This document shows positions 9,030 to 19,670 of a stretch of DNA of 64,000 nt, in pieces. The position numbers were made by a program, and so were the translations under genes. The notes beneath the pieces were generated by a model. That model was not told the origin of the DNA. It saw nothing but the letters and a program-made list of their open reading frames with translations, and did not search any database. Numbering within the stretch: the first letter of the stretch is position 1; each line of letters starts with the position of its first letter. Source of the stretch: a virus; IMG/VR virus record IMGVR_UViG_3300048892_000198, positions 46,729-110,728 of that record; one strand, given 5' to 3'.

Positions 9030-9574
9030 TCGAAGGGGATCAGTGCGGCGTCGTCGCGTTGGTAGAGCGGGTGCACCGGCTGACCCGACTGCGTCTTCTT
9101 GAAGCAGTAGAATTCACAGCCAAAGATCTCATCGATCAGGCGCGCGACCTGGAGACCGCGGCCCAAGATCTCTCCCTCGTTGCCCCAGCCGTACACGATC
9201 TGATGCGAGTCACCCACGACGGTCAGGATGTGTTGGTCGTTGCCGGGACCGATGAGATCGCGCGTCGAGGCGAGCGAACGGAGTTTCTTCGAGTCCGTCT
9301 CGCGGTAGGCGAAGAGGTTGACGACCGCGAGGCGCGCATAGCCCCACGTGCGACCGTACTTCATCAGCTTTTCGATCGTCGGGTCGTTGGCGTTTTCGTC
9401 GGCGGTCGAAGGATTGAGCATGACGAAGCACACCGTGCGACGATCGGGAGCGGGGTCGTTCCAGGATTCGCCGTCGAGTGAGCGGTAGAGCGCGTAGCGA
9501 TACACGCGATCCTCGCTCAAGACGGCGTGGGCCGTTTCCTTCAGCCAGGGCATGACGGTTTGCTTCATCGGCAT
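9026..9574 (-). CDS. DUF1643 family protein
   Basis: YRYAL...FVMLNPSTAD...DPT...VVNLFAYR...HPLY. Confidence 0.9.
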   Translation of the reverse strand: MPMKQTVMPWLKETAHAVLSEDRVYRYALYRSLDGESWNDPAPDRRTVCFVMLNPSTADENANDPTIEKLMKYGRTWGYARLAVVNLFAYRETDSKKLRSLASTRDLIGPGNDQHILTVVGDSHQIVYGWGNEGEILGRGLQVARLIDEIFGCEFYCFKKTQSGQPVHPLYQRDDAALIPFE

Positions 9575-9577
9575 GGC

Positions 9578-9841
9578 TCAGGTCTTGATGGCTTGAGAGA
9601 GCATGGCGGCGAGCAGGCGGCCGCCCGTAGGAGGAGCTTCGGGGGCGGCGGGAGGCGGCGGCGACGCCTTCTGCTGCTTGCGCTCGGCTTGAGCCGCAAG
9701 GCGTTGGGCTTTGCGCTCGGCGTCGGCCGACGCCCGTGCTTGGCGGAGCACCTGCTCCTGGCGGCGGTCCACTTCGATCTCATGAAGGATCGAGCGGCGT
9801 TGACGACGTTGACGACGGAGTCTTCGGGTATGGGGGTTCAT
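9578..9841 (-). CDS. basic low-complexity hypothetical protein
   Basis: MNPHTRRLRRQRRQRR; coupled start. Confidence 0.55.
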   Translation of the reverse strand: MNPHTRRLRRQRRQRRSILHEIEVDRRQEQVLRQARASADAERKAQRLAAQAERKQQKASPPPPAAPEAPPTGGRLLAAMLSQAIKT

Positions 9842-9969
9842 TGAAAGATCTTCCAGATGATGATGCCTATGCAAATCAGAAACTGAATCCCAGCCAGGGC
9901 GAAGCAGGCTCGGCTGGTGCGCCTTAGCTGAGCACGCATTTCGACCCATTCAGACGGGGGGTCGTTCAT
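9838..9969 (-). CDS. small single-pass membrane protein (43 aa)
   Basis: MNDPPSEWVEMRAQLRRTSRACFALAGIQFLICIGIIIWKIFQ; below track cutoff; ATGA-coupled. Confidence 0.55.
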   Translation of the reverse strand: MNDPPSEWVEMRAQLRRTSRACFALAGIQFLICIGIIIWKIFQ

Positions 9970-10006
9970 TTGGAGGCAATCTCTTTTTGTAAGCAACGGA
10001 TCACCG

Positions 10007-10135
10007 TCACGGGGTCCAGTTCCAGATGATGAAGGCCGCGTTTCCGAGACTGAGCGCGATCAATACGGCGGCCGCAATGCGTGACCAGCGCTTGAGCGAT
10101 CGGAACTGCTCTTGCAGATCTTTCGACATAGCCAT
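10007..10135 (-). CDS. small single-pass membrane protein (42 aa)
   Basis: MAMSKDLQEQFRSLKRWSRIAAAVLIALSLGNAAFIIWNWTP; TGATG-coupled. Confidence 0.55.
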   Translation of the reverse strand: MAMSKDLQEQFRSLKRWSRIAAAVLIALSLGNAAFIIWNWTP

Positions 10136-10413
10136 CAGCAGAACGACCTCAAGTAACGCAACATCTCGACTTCGATCTCCTCGAGATCTTGCTTGGCAAC
10201 GGGACCGGAGTACACGAGCCAGCGGCCCTCGACGCAGACGGAGAGCCCAGCAGCAAGCACCGCCGGACCCTTGAAGGAGCTAATCGGCGATGACCTGGCT
10301 GCCCCCTCGTAGTCTAACTTTACGCTCCTCAAAACGGGACCCGGCGTGTCCGCTGGCGGAAGCAAGGAACGCAGGACCTCGTTCGTGGCGGCAAATTCTT
10401 CGAGCGCAATCAT
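10135..10413 (-). CDS. hypothetical protein
   Basis: Coupled ORF. Confidence 0.55.
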   Translation of the reverse strand: MIALEEFAATNEVLRSLLPPADTPGPVLRSVKLDYEGAARSSPISSFKGPAVLAAGLSVCVEGRWLVYSGPVAKQDLEEIEVEMLRYLRSFC

Positions 10414-10640
10414 CCTGCCTGAACTCCCGTAGCGAGCGCCGCGCGGAGTCGATCATGAACGATGCCAGCCATCTTCACGAAGGCGTCGCGAGAGCATCCG
10501 CCCTCGATCCAGCGATCTGAAACCGCGAGCGCTGTGAGCATCAGCGAGAATGCCGCCTCTCGATCAGGCAGCCCCGAGGCCTTGGCGAGGTGACAGAATC
10601 CTTGCAGAGACCCATCGAAGTCCTCTCTGGTCATGGCCAT
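10410..10640 (-). CDS. hypothetical protein
   Basis: Abuts the thyX stop. Confidence 0.6.
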   Translation of the reverse strand: MAMTREDFDGSLQGFCHLAKASGLPDREAAFSLMLTALAVSDRWIEGGCSRDAFVKMAGIVHDRLRAALATGVQAG

Positions 10641-11576
10641 TCAGCCTCTCTCGAACGCCAAGGCGTCCTCTTCCCCGTGGATGAGTTTTCGGGCCTGCAC
10701 CCAGCCGTTGAAGTTGCCGCAGAAGTACTCGTACTCCCCCTGCTTCCATGGCATGACGCTCGTGAAGACGCTCCCGCTTTCATCCGGGATGGGCGACGCA
10801 AACTTTCGACTGCGGCCGAAGACGCTCGCGCGCTCGTACTCACTCATGGGTCGAGCGACGTGCTCCCAGGGCGCCATGTGGCCATTGGTCAAGCAGGTAT
10901 TGGCCAAGCGCTTGTCGGCCGTCGGATCGATTTGTCCCTCGTGGTTCAGGTAGCTCACGCGCGCAGAGCGCCCGACGGAGATCTTGATGCGCTCCTCGAT
11001 CGAGTACGCCGTGCGATGTGAATCATCGTCCGGCTCGAAGGGCAGGTGCCAATCTCCCTCCTTCAGCAGCTTCGGGCGGCTTGTGCGGTAGAGATCGTTC
11101 ATGAGGGCAGCGACCTTCTGGATCTCAGGCTGAGCCAGCTTGTTATCTCGGAGGTGGAAGAAGTTCGACCACTCGGTCGCGGTCACGATGACCGTGTGCC
11201 ACATGAAGGGCTCCAAGAGGCGATTGGTGGTCTGCTTGTGAATCCCCACGTCCATCAAAAACTCGGCGGACTTGATGGCGCTGTACATGGCCTCGTTCCA
11301 GGTGTCGCGGGCGCGCGCGATCTCGTCCAGAGTGAGCACTTCTTCGGAGGCCTGCATGCCCTTCTTCTCTTTTCCCCAGACGGGTTCGAAGAGGTCGTTG
11401 TACAGGCGCTCGATCTGCTTTTTCGGTGGGATAGCACGCGAGCTCGCGCTGCTCCGCGAAAATATCCGGTGCGTATTGAACTCCGCCAGGACGATCCTCG
11501 GGAACGTTCCCACGAAGGTAGTCAGGCGCTCGCCGTACTGCGTGATGGAGTCTCTCTCGATGCGGGCTTCGTACAT
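10641..11576 (-). CDS. thyX: FAD-dependent thymidylate synthase
   Basis: FPRIVLAEFNTHRIFSRSSASSRAIP; HKQTTNRLLEPF; NFFHLR..AQPEI; SARVSY; GHMAPWEH. Confidence 0.9.
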   Translation of the reverse strand: MYEARIERDSITQYGERLTTFVGTFPRIVLAEFNTHRIFSRSSASSRAIPPKKQIERLYNDLFEPVWGKEKKGMQASEEVLTLDEIARARDTWNEAMYSAIKSAEFLMDVGIHKQTTNRLLEPFMWHTVIVTATEWSNFFHLRDNKLAQPEIQKVAALMNDLYRTSRPKLLKEGDWHLPFEPDDDSHRTAYSIEERIKISVGRSARVSYLNHEGQIDPTADKRLANTCLTNGHMAPWEHVARPMSEYERASVFGRSRKFASPIPDESGSVFTSVMPWKQGEYEYFCGNFNGWVQARKLIHGEEDALAFERG

Positions 11577-11585
11577 GGGATACTT

Positions 11586-11882
11586 TCAGTTGGATTGGTT
11601 TTGTGGCTGCGAATTTGGGGCATGAAAGAGCCCCATCATCAGGGGGATCCCCACTATCCCCAACAAGACCATCGGGGCTTTGCGCACGAGCGCACGCAGG
11701 CGCAGGGCCTCGACCATCTTCTCGAGATTGACCGACCCATAACGGATCTGTAGCCGCATCTCGACTCGCACGAAGGCGCGCAGCCAATCATCGCTCGGTC
11801 GGCTCGCGTCGAGCGAATGTCGCCAGCGGTCGACCTTCGGAAAGAGCGCGCTGAAGAGGAGGTTCTCGAGGAGCTCTTCCAT
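11586..11882 (-). CDS. hypothetical membrane protein
   Basis: C-terminal hydrophobic helix. Confidence 0.55.
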   Translation of the reverse strand: MEELLENLLFSALFPKVDRWRHSLDASRPSDDWLRAFVRVEMRLQIRYGSVNLEKMVEALRLRALVRKAPMVLLGIVGIPLMMGLFHAPNSQPQNQSN

Positions 11883-12244
11883 CAGCTCGCCGTGGGCAAT
11901 GGCAGCGCAATGATCTGCACAGCGAGCCAGATCTCTTGGGCAGCAGTGACCGCTTCTTCGGCCGCGTCCGAAGGCACCTTGACCTCACTCAACGGAACGT
12001 CGATGACCGTGGACAAGTTAGCGACCGCGTCATCCCGGGAGACGGCGGCGTTCGGGGGGTCCACGGTGTGCTTGACCGAAGGCAAGTTCATCGCCCGATT
12101 GAATTCAAACGTTGCATCAGCAATCAGCTGCAACCGATCGGCGAGCCCAGGATCGGGGCTCGCGCCGAGGCACCCGAGGTGCTCCCGGGTGCGGAACAAA
12201 AACCGCTTGATGCTTTCAGACTGAGTCGGACTGACGGTTGGCAT
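11882..12244 (-). CDS. hypothetical protein
   Basis: GAGG RBS; follows the conserved promoter-like motif. Confidence 0.6.
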   Translation of the reverse strand: MPTVSPTQSESIKRFLFRTREHLGCLGASPDPGLADRLQLIADATFEFNRAMNLPSVKHTVDPPNAAVSRDDAVANLSTVIDVPLSEVKVPSDAAEEAVTAAQEIWLAVQIIALPLPTAS

Positions 12245-12270
12245 GGATGGATTCCTCTTTCAGGGTTAAC

Positions 12271-12304
12271 CAGTGCTACGGCGTCGGCGGGAACATTCTT
12301 CCCT
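12271..12304 (-). promoter_or_regulatory. bipartite promoter-like motif, copy 1
   Basis: AGGGAAGAAT-N14-CGTAGCACTG upstream of ATG 12244. Confidence 0.6.
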
Positions 12305-12854
12305 CGAGCACCGCCCCATCGATCACGTGAAATGCACGCTCGACGCGCAAATCGAGGATCGATCCCAGGGTGCGCGTCGGCGGGTGGCCCAGCTTCATGT
12401 TTTGCAGCACGAGCAGCGAATCGAGCACAAACTCGTACATCCGGTGGTAGCCCCGGGACTCGAGGTTGACCGCCAGGTCGAGCTTCTGGTGATTGCGCAC
12501 GTGCAGCAGAAATACGAGATCGTAGCGCCGCATCGCGCTCGAAAACACGTCGAGCGCACTTTCTTCCACGTGCTCGGCCATGTGCAGCGTGCAATAGGTG
12601 AGGTTATCGAAGTAGGTGCGGTCGGTCACGAAGTCTTCGTGGGCGAGCTCCCAGTCGCGCTTGCTCTCGAAGAGCCGCTTCTGGAACTCCACGCGCCGAC
12701 CGGCCTGATCCACATCGTAGGGATTGTCGAAGCCCATCTCGAGCGCGACCGATCGAGCGCCGACGGGATTGACGGGGATCTGGTACTTCTCGGAGATGGC
12801 CCGGGCGAGCGTGGTCTTGCCGGTGCCGCTCGCCCCTGCGATCGCGATCCTCAT
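12276..12854 (-). CDS. P-loop nucleotide kinase-like protein (AAA_28/NadR-like)
   Basis: MRIAIAGASGTGKTT; FVTDRTYFDNLTY; YDLVFLL. Confidence 0.8.
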   Translation of the reverse strand: MRIAIAGASGTGKTTLARAISEKYQIPVNPVGARSVALEMGFDNPYDVDQAGRRVEFQKRLFESKRDWELAHEDFVTDRTYFDNLTYCTLHMAEHVEESALDVFSSAMRRYDLVFLLHVRNHQKLDLAVNLESRGYHRMYEFVLDSLLVLQNMKLGHPPTRTLGSILDLRVERAFHVIDGAVLEGRMFPPTP

Positions 12855-13150
12855 TTGCGGGTGACCTTTCGCTTCTTCTTGGCGTTCTTACGACGGGTTT
12901 TCACGGCGCGCACGGCGCGCGAGATGCGCTTCTGCTGCTCATCAAACCAACGCCTCGCTTCGCGGGCGCGCTGGCGGCTCGCGCGCGGACGATTGCTCTT
13001 TTTCTTCGCACGGCGCTCGATGAGCGCTGCCAAGATCACCCCGAGCGCGCCGAGGACCTCAGGGTTCACGCGACTGAGGATCCCGTCGAAGTCGAGCGCG
13101 CTATCATCGAACGCCGCCCCCTCGAATGTACCGTCAAACTTTCGCTTCAC
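12851..13150 (-). CDS. basic hypothetical protein
   Basis: GTGA-coupled; Arg/Lys-rich C-terminus. Confidence 0.55.
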   Translation of the reverse strand: MKRKFDGTFEGAAFDDSALDFDGILSRVNPEVLGALGVILAALIERRAKKKSNRPRASRQRAREARRWFDEQQKRISRAVRAVKTRRKNAKKKRKVTRK

Positions 13151-13422
13151 GGATGCTTCTCCGCCACACACGAGATCGAGACCGTGAAGGCCGACGGGGG
13201 CGACTTCGATCCCACATCCGGGCGTCGGCTCGCTAGGTAGCAGACGTTGTAGTCGCCGTTGGTCGTATCCCTCACTTTGCGGAGGGTGACCCCGTCGACC
13301 TGCGTGTCCTCTTCAATCCAGAGCCCGGGGATGGGTCCCGCGTGCGCGACCGCCAAGGCAGTCAGGAGGGTAACGGTGATGAGGAGCAGGCCGATGGCGA
13401 TGTGGCTCACGATCTTTTTCAT
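13147..13422 (-). CDS. small secreted protein
   Basis: Signal peptide ending AHA; two Cys. Confidence 0.65.
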   Translation of the reverse strand: MKKIVSHIAIGLLLITVTLLTALAVAHAGPIPGLWIEEDTQVDGVTLRKVRDTTNGDYNVCYLASRRPDVGSKSPPSAFTVSISCVAEKHP

Positions 13423-13820
13423 GGCGACTCTTTCATGTCTGGCGTGAAGGGTTTCTCGTCGTAGTCGGCGGCGCGCTGTTGATCATCTAAAAGACGCGCG
13501 GCGCACCTCAAGTCCGCGCCCGTGAGTCCGAGGTAAACAGTCAAGGTGATCCACAGATCGAAAACCACATCCAGGGTCAGGTAGTGCACCATCCCGTTGA
13601 GGAGCGGGATACCGAGCAGCCCATCGACCTCAAACACCTTCTGCTCTCGCGTAAACCCGCGCTGAAACCAGCTACACATTGGGATGCGCGGAGCGGATGG
13701 GTCTGACTCGATGCAGTCGGCCACCATCTGCATCTGCACGGCGCTCTCGAATCGGCCCTGCTGGCGATAGAGCACCTCGAGCGCTCGGAGGTTCGGGGTC
13801 CAGGACGATCGATCATTCAT
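13419..13820 (-). CDS. hypothetical protein
   Basis: Coupled ORF. Confidence 0.6.
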   Translation of the reverse strand: MNDRSSWTPNLRALEVLYRQQGRFESAVQMQMVADCIESDPSAPRIPMCSWFQRGFTREQKVFEVDGLLGIPLLNGMVHYLTLDVVFDLWITLTVYLGLTGADLRCAARLLDDQQRAADYDEKPFTPDMKESP

Positions 13821-14146
13821 GACCAGGCCTGCTTGGTTTGGTTCCGGAAGGAGAGCTCGTTCACGGCGGTGAGGGCAGCCGAGCGGATCTTGCCCCAGAT
13901 CTTTTTACCGTGGCCTGTCCCATCAAATAAGGCGAGCCACACGAAGATCCCGGTGGCCAGGAGCGAGCACCATCCGGCGTGCCGGTGCGTGCAATACACG
14001 ACACGGAGCATCCAGATCATGGCGATCCAGAACCAACTGCAACGCGGCGTCCGTCGCAAAGCGGGCAACCGCCAGATGAGCAGGTGGGCGTTCATGAGGG
14101 CGCAGAAGAGTTCACCTGCAACAATATACCAAGGCTCCAAGTGCAT
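13817..14146 (-). CDS. multi-pass membrane protein
   Basis: Start MHLEPWY; three hydrophobic segments. Confidence 0.6.
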   Translation of the reverse strand: MHLEPWYIVAGELFCALMNAHLLIWRLPALRRTPRCSWFWIAMIWMLRVVYCTHRHAGWCSLLATGIFVWLALFDGTGHGKKIWGKIRSAALTAVNELSFRNQTKQAWS

Positions 14147-14298
14147 CACGGCCACCACCCAACAAACCGGAGGATGTCCCGGCAAGTGCCTCCGATCACG
14201 ATGCCGCCGAGCAGGATGACGAGCTCGCCGAGAGGCGTCGATAGCCATGGACGACGGGGGCGTTTCCGTCGTCCGTAACCCTGAGGGGGCAGTGTCAT
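14146..14298 (-). CDS. small membrane protein (50 aa)
   Basis: MTLPPQGYGRRKRPRRPWLSTPLGELVILLGGIVIG...; coupled at both ends. Confidence 0.5.
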   Translation of the reverse strand: MTLPPQGYGRRKRPRRPWLSTPLGELVILLGGIVIGGTCRDILRFVGWWP

Positions 14299-14858
14299 GG
14301 CCTGCTCTTGATGGCCGCTTGCCACTGCTCGTAGTTGCGCTTGCTCTCGGCAATGACCCGAACGACATCGGTCTTGGCTTGCTCCAGCTCAACGCGCAGC
14401 CCCGACAGCTCATTAAACTGACGGAGGTACGTTTCTTCTAGTTTCTGGTATCGCCGGCTAACCTGAAGCAGCTGATCCCGAGCCGAGTTCAGCTGCTCTT
14501 CCAAGAAACCCCTGACCGTATCGCGACCGCTTCGCAAGATCTCCAGCTGCTTCTCCAATGAGCTCAGGCGAGCGGCACGCTCCTCGAGCAGCATGGTCGA
14601 GTCGGAACTCGCCGACGACTGCGCCGTCGTTTCGGCGGGCGCTTGGTCGGAGAGAAAGCGATCGACGACCGATATGCAATGGGCCATCGCCGCCTGCCAC
14701 GATTCGGTCCACCACCAAGCAGGACCGGGCTCGGTGCTGATGCGGATGCGCTCGTTGAGGAGAGCTGGGCCCGTGTGCTCGAAAGCAAGGCTGCGAGCGC
14801 TGTCGGCTGGGTATGCGTCACGGATGGGGTTCTTCATGGGGTCCTTGGTGTGTTGCAA
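14295..14858 (-). CDS. coiled-coil hypothetical protein
   Basis: Heptad-rich C-terminal half; start may be 14837. Confidence 0.65.
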   Translation of the reverse strand: MQHTKDPMKNPIRDAYPADSARSLAFEHTGPALLNERIRISTEPGPAWWWTESWQAAMAHCISVVDRFLSDQAPAETTAQSSASSDSTMLLEERAARLSSLEKQLEILRSGRDTVRGFLEEQLNSARDQLLQVSRRYQKLEETYLRQFNELSGLRVELEQAKTDVVRVIAESKRNYEQWQAAIKSRP

Positions 14859-15049
14859 GAGAGCTCGGCATCGAGATCAGCGAGGGCCCGAGCGGTTTTT
14901 TGCTCTTCGTCGTACATCGGTGGGCCACCGTCGATCCCGTCCTCGACCCAAAGCCGCGTGAACACGCTGCACTGCTCGGCGTTGTACGGGACGCCAACGC
15001 ACAGCTCGTACGCGCGCTCCCGGTGTTGCCTCGTCACCGGGTTGCTCAT
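14834..15049 (-). CDS. hypothetical protein
   Basis: Coupled ORF. Confidence 0.55.
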   Translation of the reverse strand: MSNPVTRQHRERAYELCVGVPYNAEQCSVFTRLWVEDGIDGGPPMYDEEQKTARALADLDAELSCNTPRTP

Positions 15050-15741
15050 GGCTTGTTCCCGAGGCGGCGAGCAAGCTCGGTGATATCGTCCTGGATCCCA
15101 GCGATGGCCTCGGCGGGAATGCCAAATATCGCCGCGTTAACCGCGCGCCGAAGCTTTGCGATCAAATCGGGCGAGCTCGGCTGCAAGGGCTCTCGCTGAT
15201 CCGATGCGCGGGCTGTCGGTTCCGGAGCCGCCGCGGGCTCCATCAGCAGCCCAAGCCGCACCTCGAGCGCATGCAGCGCCAATTCAAACTCATCCTCCTC
15301 GGGACGATTCCAGGTAGCGCGGCGGTGTTTTCTGAGTTGACGCACGAGGTGCAGCTTCGTCGGATAAAGTGGTTCTCCGCTGACACCGAAGGTCAGCTCT
15401 GCGATCCGGATGGCACCTTCCAGCGTTTCACCGAGCGACGCCGACGACTTCAACGTCGAGAGCACTGCCCGCACGAGCGCAGCCTCGCGATTGAATGCCT
15501 CTCGATACCCGAGTGGTCGCCTCCCGATCTGCAGCACCTGCACTAGCTGAGCTTGCTCGGCCGGCAAGAGCTCACCCCAAAACCTCGCCCCACTGTAGCG
15601 AGTGCGTTCATAGAGACGCTGGGCCTCTTGCAGATCGCTCAATGTCGTGTGGTCTGGATCGCCCATGGCAAGGCGCTCCACGGGCCAGGAATGATCCCAA
15701 GCGCTTTCAGTCTCTGGGCTGATCGGATCGGATTCGGTCAT
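15046..15741 (-). CDS. hypothetical protein
   Basis: 231 aa ORF directly after the DnaC-like gene. Confidence 0.65.
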   Translation of the reverse strand: MTESDPISPETESAWDHSWPVERLAMGDPDHTTLSDLQEAQRLYERTRYSGARFWGELLPAEQAQLVQVLQIGRRPLGYREAFNREAALVRAVLSTLKSSASLGETLEGAIRIAELTFGVSGEPLYPTKLHLVRQLRKHRRATWNRPEEDEFELALHALEVRLGLLMEPAAAPEPTARASDQREPLQPSSPDLIAKLRRAVNAAIFGIPAEAIAGIQDDITELARRLGNKP

Positions 15742-16456
15742 GGCTTATCCCTTCAGTACGCGGGCACCCGAGAAAGCTTCCTTGGCAGCAGGCGATTCGG
15801 TCGTGAGGATCGTGGAGAGGCCCTGGTCGCGCCGGCGCTCGTAGATCCAGATGAGTTCGGGGCCGAAGAATTCGTTCTTGAGAGAGGCGCGGTCGATGCT
15901 GTCGAGTACGAGCAGATCGAGCGTCGGGAGATCGTCGAGCGGGGAAGGTTCTTTGGCGGCGTAGGCCGCGCGCCATTGCCGAAACAGGCTCGGCACGTGC
16001 ACCGACCGATAGGTAGCGGTCGGGTAGTGCCGGATCGCATTCCTGAAGAGCACGACGGCGTATTGACGGGCAAGCTTGCCCTCGAGGAGGAGTTGCTGTT
16101 TACGCGGCGCGCGCTCCCCCGTGCCGCTCCGAAGAAACTCGCCGAGCGTCTCCTTGAACTGCTCGCCCTCTGCTCCCAGCATCGACAGGCGCACCGTCGA
16201 AAGCAGCGTGTCGACACCAGCTCGCTCGAGTCGGCGAGCCATCGCATACTCCTGGTAGCGCTCGCACGGCTTGAGCGAGACGCTTGCCTCGAGCGCTGTC
16301 ACTCCAAGTTTGACGAGCACGCCCGGAGAAAAGCAGTGTTCGGAGGAGACACAGCTGGCCCCTTGTGGTGGGCAGGCCGCGCACTCGCGCGTCCGAGACT
16401 CGAGACCCATCCAAAATGCCTGGGTCTCGCTTTCCACGACGGCACACAATTCAGAC

Positions 16457-17398
<942 letters not shown>

Positions 17399-17399
17399 T

Positions 17400-17639
17400 T
17401 CAGCCCACCTTGCGCTTGGGAAATATGGCTTCCAAGCGGTCGACGAAGGGCGATTCCTTGCCGTGGATGTATCGGTCTGCGATCCGGATCAGGTGCCGGA
17501 GCGCCTGGGGAGCCTTCAGGTGGGCGACGCCGCTGATGCGCAGGAGCGCGGCGTAATGCACCGGGTCTAGCCGGATGTTGATGGATTTTTCTGGATCGTC
17601 GGGGGTCTCTTCAGGCGGATCGCTCGGGGGCTGGGTCAT
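17400..17639 (-). CDS. small DNA-binding-like protein (possible ribbon-helix-helix)
   Basis: KSINIRLDPVHYAALLRI...ALRHLI pattern; upstream of the initiator. Confidence 0.5.
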   Translation of the reverse strand: MTQPPSDPPEETPDDPEKSINIRLDPVHYAALLRISGVAHLKAPQALRHLIRIADRYIHGKESPFVDRLEAIFPKRKVG

Positions 17640-17805
17640 GCGGGAGGCGATCACTACCTGAGCGTCTCATGTAGGCGCAAGAGTTTTGGTACAGAAATGT
17701 ACCCGCCTATCTGAACAGTAGGTGGGACAACTTGTGACCACCCTGTGGACAGTGGTGCACTGGATAGCCACAAAAAAAGACAACGGAACGGAGCAACGAA
17801 ACCGG

Positions 17806-17828
17806 CAACGGGGCTTGACGCCCCGTTG
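17806..17828 (-). terminator. GC hairpin, possible terminator
   Basis: CAACGGGGC-TTGAC-GCCCCGTTG after the stop at 17850; U-tract is not adjacent. Confidence 0.35.
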
Positions 17829-17849
17829 GAACTCGGTCTTCGCGCGCGC

Positions 17850-18224
17850 TCAGCGCCCGCCGTTGTACATCGCGGTCGATCCCACGAATTTCGCCTTCCA
17901 GTCCCAGTCATCCATGACGTACTGCGTGAACTGCGCTTCCGAGATCGTGATCTCATCGGCCGTCGACATCTCGAGCATACGGATGACGCGGTCGTAGTCC
18001 TTCATGTGCTGCACGGGCACGGTGAGCGCGATGGTGAGCTTGATCTCGTGACCGTGGATGCAGTCGTTAAGGTTGGTTTCCATGGCTTTCCAAGCTGCCT
18101 GCCGGAAACCTATTTGGGCCTGGTCGAAGTCGGCTTTGTGCTGCGCGCGGTTCTCTTTGATGGTGGCGAGGAGCTCGGTTTTTTTGATCGTGACTTTTGA
18201 TTCGCCGACGTCGTTGACGAGCAT
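17850..18224 (-). CDS. hypothetical phage protein
   Basis: 124 aa with natural composition; YDRVIRMLEMS...ITISEAQFTQYVMDDWDW. Confidence 0.75.
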   Translation of the reverse strand: MLVNDVGESKVTIKKTELLATIKENRAQHKADFDQAQIGFRQAAWKAMETNLNDCIHGHEIKLTIALTVPVQHMKDYDRVIRMLEMSTADEITISEAQFTQYVMDDWDWKAKFVGSTAMYNGGR

Positions 18225-18412
18225 GATGCGGTCCTTTGCTTGTGAAGTTGACGGATTCGGAGACGCTCGAAGTAGCGGACGCGCTTGGCGGCCCAGATCA
18301 AGATCGCATGGATGGTGCCGTCGACTTTGCGGCGCGCGGCCTCGTAAGATTTGGCGCAGCGCTCACACATGTCCCAGCGCAGAGTGGGCCGCTGACAGAA
18401 CTCGCAGATCAT
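18110..18412 (-). CDS. Zn-finger hypothetical protein
   Basis: CEFC...CERC; coupled start; tail overlaps the next gene. Confidence 0.45.
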   Translation of the reverse strand: MICEFCQRPTLRWDMCERCAKSYEAARRKVDGTIHAILIWAAKRVRYFERLRIRQLHKQRTASCSSTTSANQKSRSKKPSSSPPSKRTARSTKPTSTRPK

Positions 18413-18687
18413 CGGCGCTTGCGTGCCCAGAAAAGCCGTAGCCTATCTGCTCGACCCTCATCACCGTGCTCGACGAAGCGCGGCGCATTGGGCGACAGCT
18501 TCGAGCACGCGACGCACTGGTAGTGGCCATCGGACATGCAGGAGCCGGTGCCGTCGTAGCCGAGGTCATCGTACTCCTCGCAGGGGTAGTCCGGATCGCG
18601 CACGCCGGGCATGCCGAAGATCGGTGGGCGGTTGTTCACGAAGGCGACGAGCGCTTGCCACTGCAATAGATTAGCTGGGGCAGGCAT
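18409..18687 (-). CDS. hypothetical protein
   Basis: Start MPAPANL; Cys/His cluster. Confidence 0.55.
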   Translation of the reverse strand: MPAPANLLQWQALVAFVNNRPPIFGMPGVRDPDYPCEEYDDLGYDGTGSCMSDGHYQCVACSKLSPNAPRFVEHGDEGRADRLRLFWARKRR

Positions 18688-18985
18688 CCTGATCACCCTC
18701 TTGGATCTCGAGCTCCGCCTGGGGCGGCAGCTTGAAGTCAATTCTGAGCTTCGTGCATGCCAAGGCCGCGACCGCATCGATCGGATCATCGGTGCGAAAG
18801 CTGATGCCGAGCGCCGGAACATCAAAGAGCAGTCGCTCCCCCTTCGACCCCGCGAACTGCACAAACTTTCCTGTTGCCCGATCGCTCACCACCACGAATG
18901 GCTTCACGCTCTTTTCCTTGGCCATCATGCGCTCGAGGGCTTCGGTGATGTGCGGCATGGCATCCGCTCTTCTGACTTTAGTCAT
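18671..18985 (-). CDS. hypothetical protein
   Basis: Start MTKVRR with GGAG RBS. Confidence 0.6.
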   Translation of the reverse strand: MTKVRRADAMPHITEALERMMAKEKSVKPFVVVSDRATGKFVQFAGSKGERLLFDVPALGISFRTDDPIDAVAALACTKLRIDFKLPPQAELEIQEGDQDACPS

Positions 18986-19446
18986 GGCCAATTCTCCTGC
19001 TCGACGTAGGCGTACCAGTGCTTGAGCACGCCGATCCCGACGTGCACTTCGTCGCACGCGCCGCCTGGCCCATCCATCGTCTCGTACTCCTCCAGGTTGT
19101 AGACCACGAGCTTCATCGCCTCTGTCATGCGCGCGTACCCGACGTTGTCGTCGAGATCTCCGCCGTCGCGTCCCGCGAGCAAGCACAGGGTTGCTTTCAT
19201 TCGATAGAAGGCCCGCTCATGCGCCGCGCGCGTGCGGAGATCTTCGGCTTGCCGATCTTCGGGAGCTGTCAGCACTTGCCAGATGGCGGTAGCAGTCTCG
19301 ATGCGGTGCTGGCACCACCAGGCGATAACGGTGCGCCTCGGCACGACGATCGGCTCGTCGTCAGCCCAGCTCCCGGAGTTGCGATGCCAGTACAGAGCTT
19401 CCCATTCTTCGATCAGACGAAGCGGGCTCCAGCGCGAGCGCGTCAT
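18982..19446 (-). CDS. hypothetical protein
   Basis: Coupled ORF. Confidence 0.6.
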   Translation of the reverse strand: MTRSRWSPLRLIEEWEALYWHRNSGSWADDEPIVVPRRTVIAWWCQHRIETATAIWQVLTAPEDRQAEDLRTRAAHERAFYRMKATLCLLAGRDGGDLDDNVGYARMTEAMKLVVYNLEEYETMDGPGGACDEVHVGIGVLKHWYAYVEQENWP

Positions 19447-19670
19447 GGCCGCTCCCCGCGCTTAGCACGCTCGTGCTCCTCACGGAGCACTTGCTTCTTC
19501 TTGGAATCGAGCCACAAAAACCTCACGAACGCTCCCCACCAGTCGAGCGCGCGCAGCACTCGGTTGACGGTGAAGTCGATGACCCACAGCGCGGAGAGGA
19601 CGGCGCCGGCGGCGCAGAAGATCCCGCCGAGCCAGGTGAATGCGCCGAGGATCAGGGAGAGTATCGTCAT
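19443..19670 (-). CDS. small membrane protein
   Basis: MTILSLILGAFTWLGG... Confidence 0.6.
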   Translation of the reverse strand: MTILSLILGAFTWLGGIFCAAGAVLSALWVIDFTVNRVLRALDWWGAFVRFLWLDSKKKQVLREEHERAKRGERP

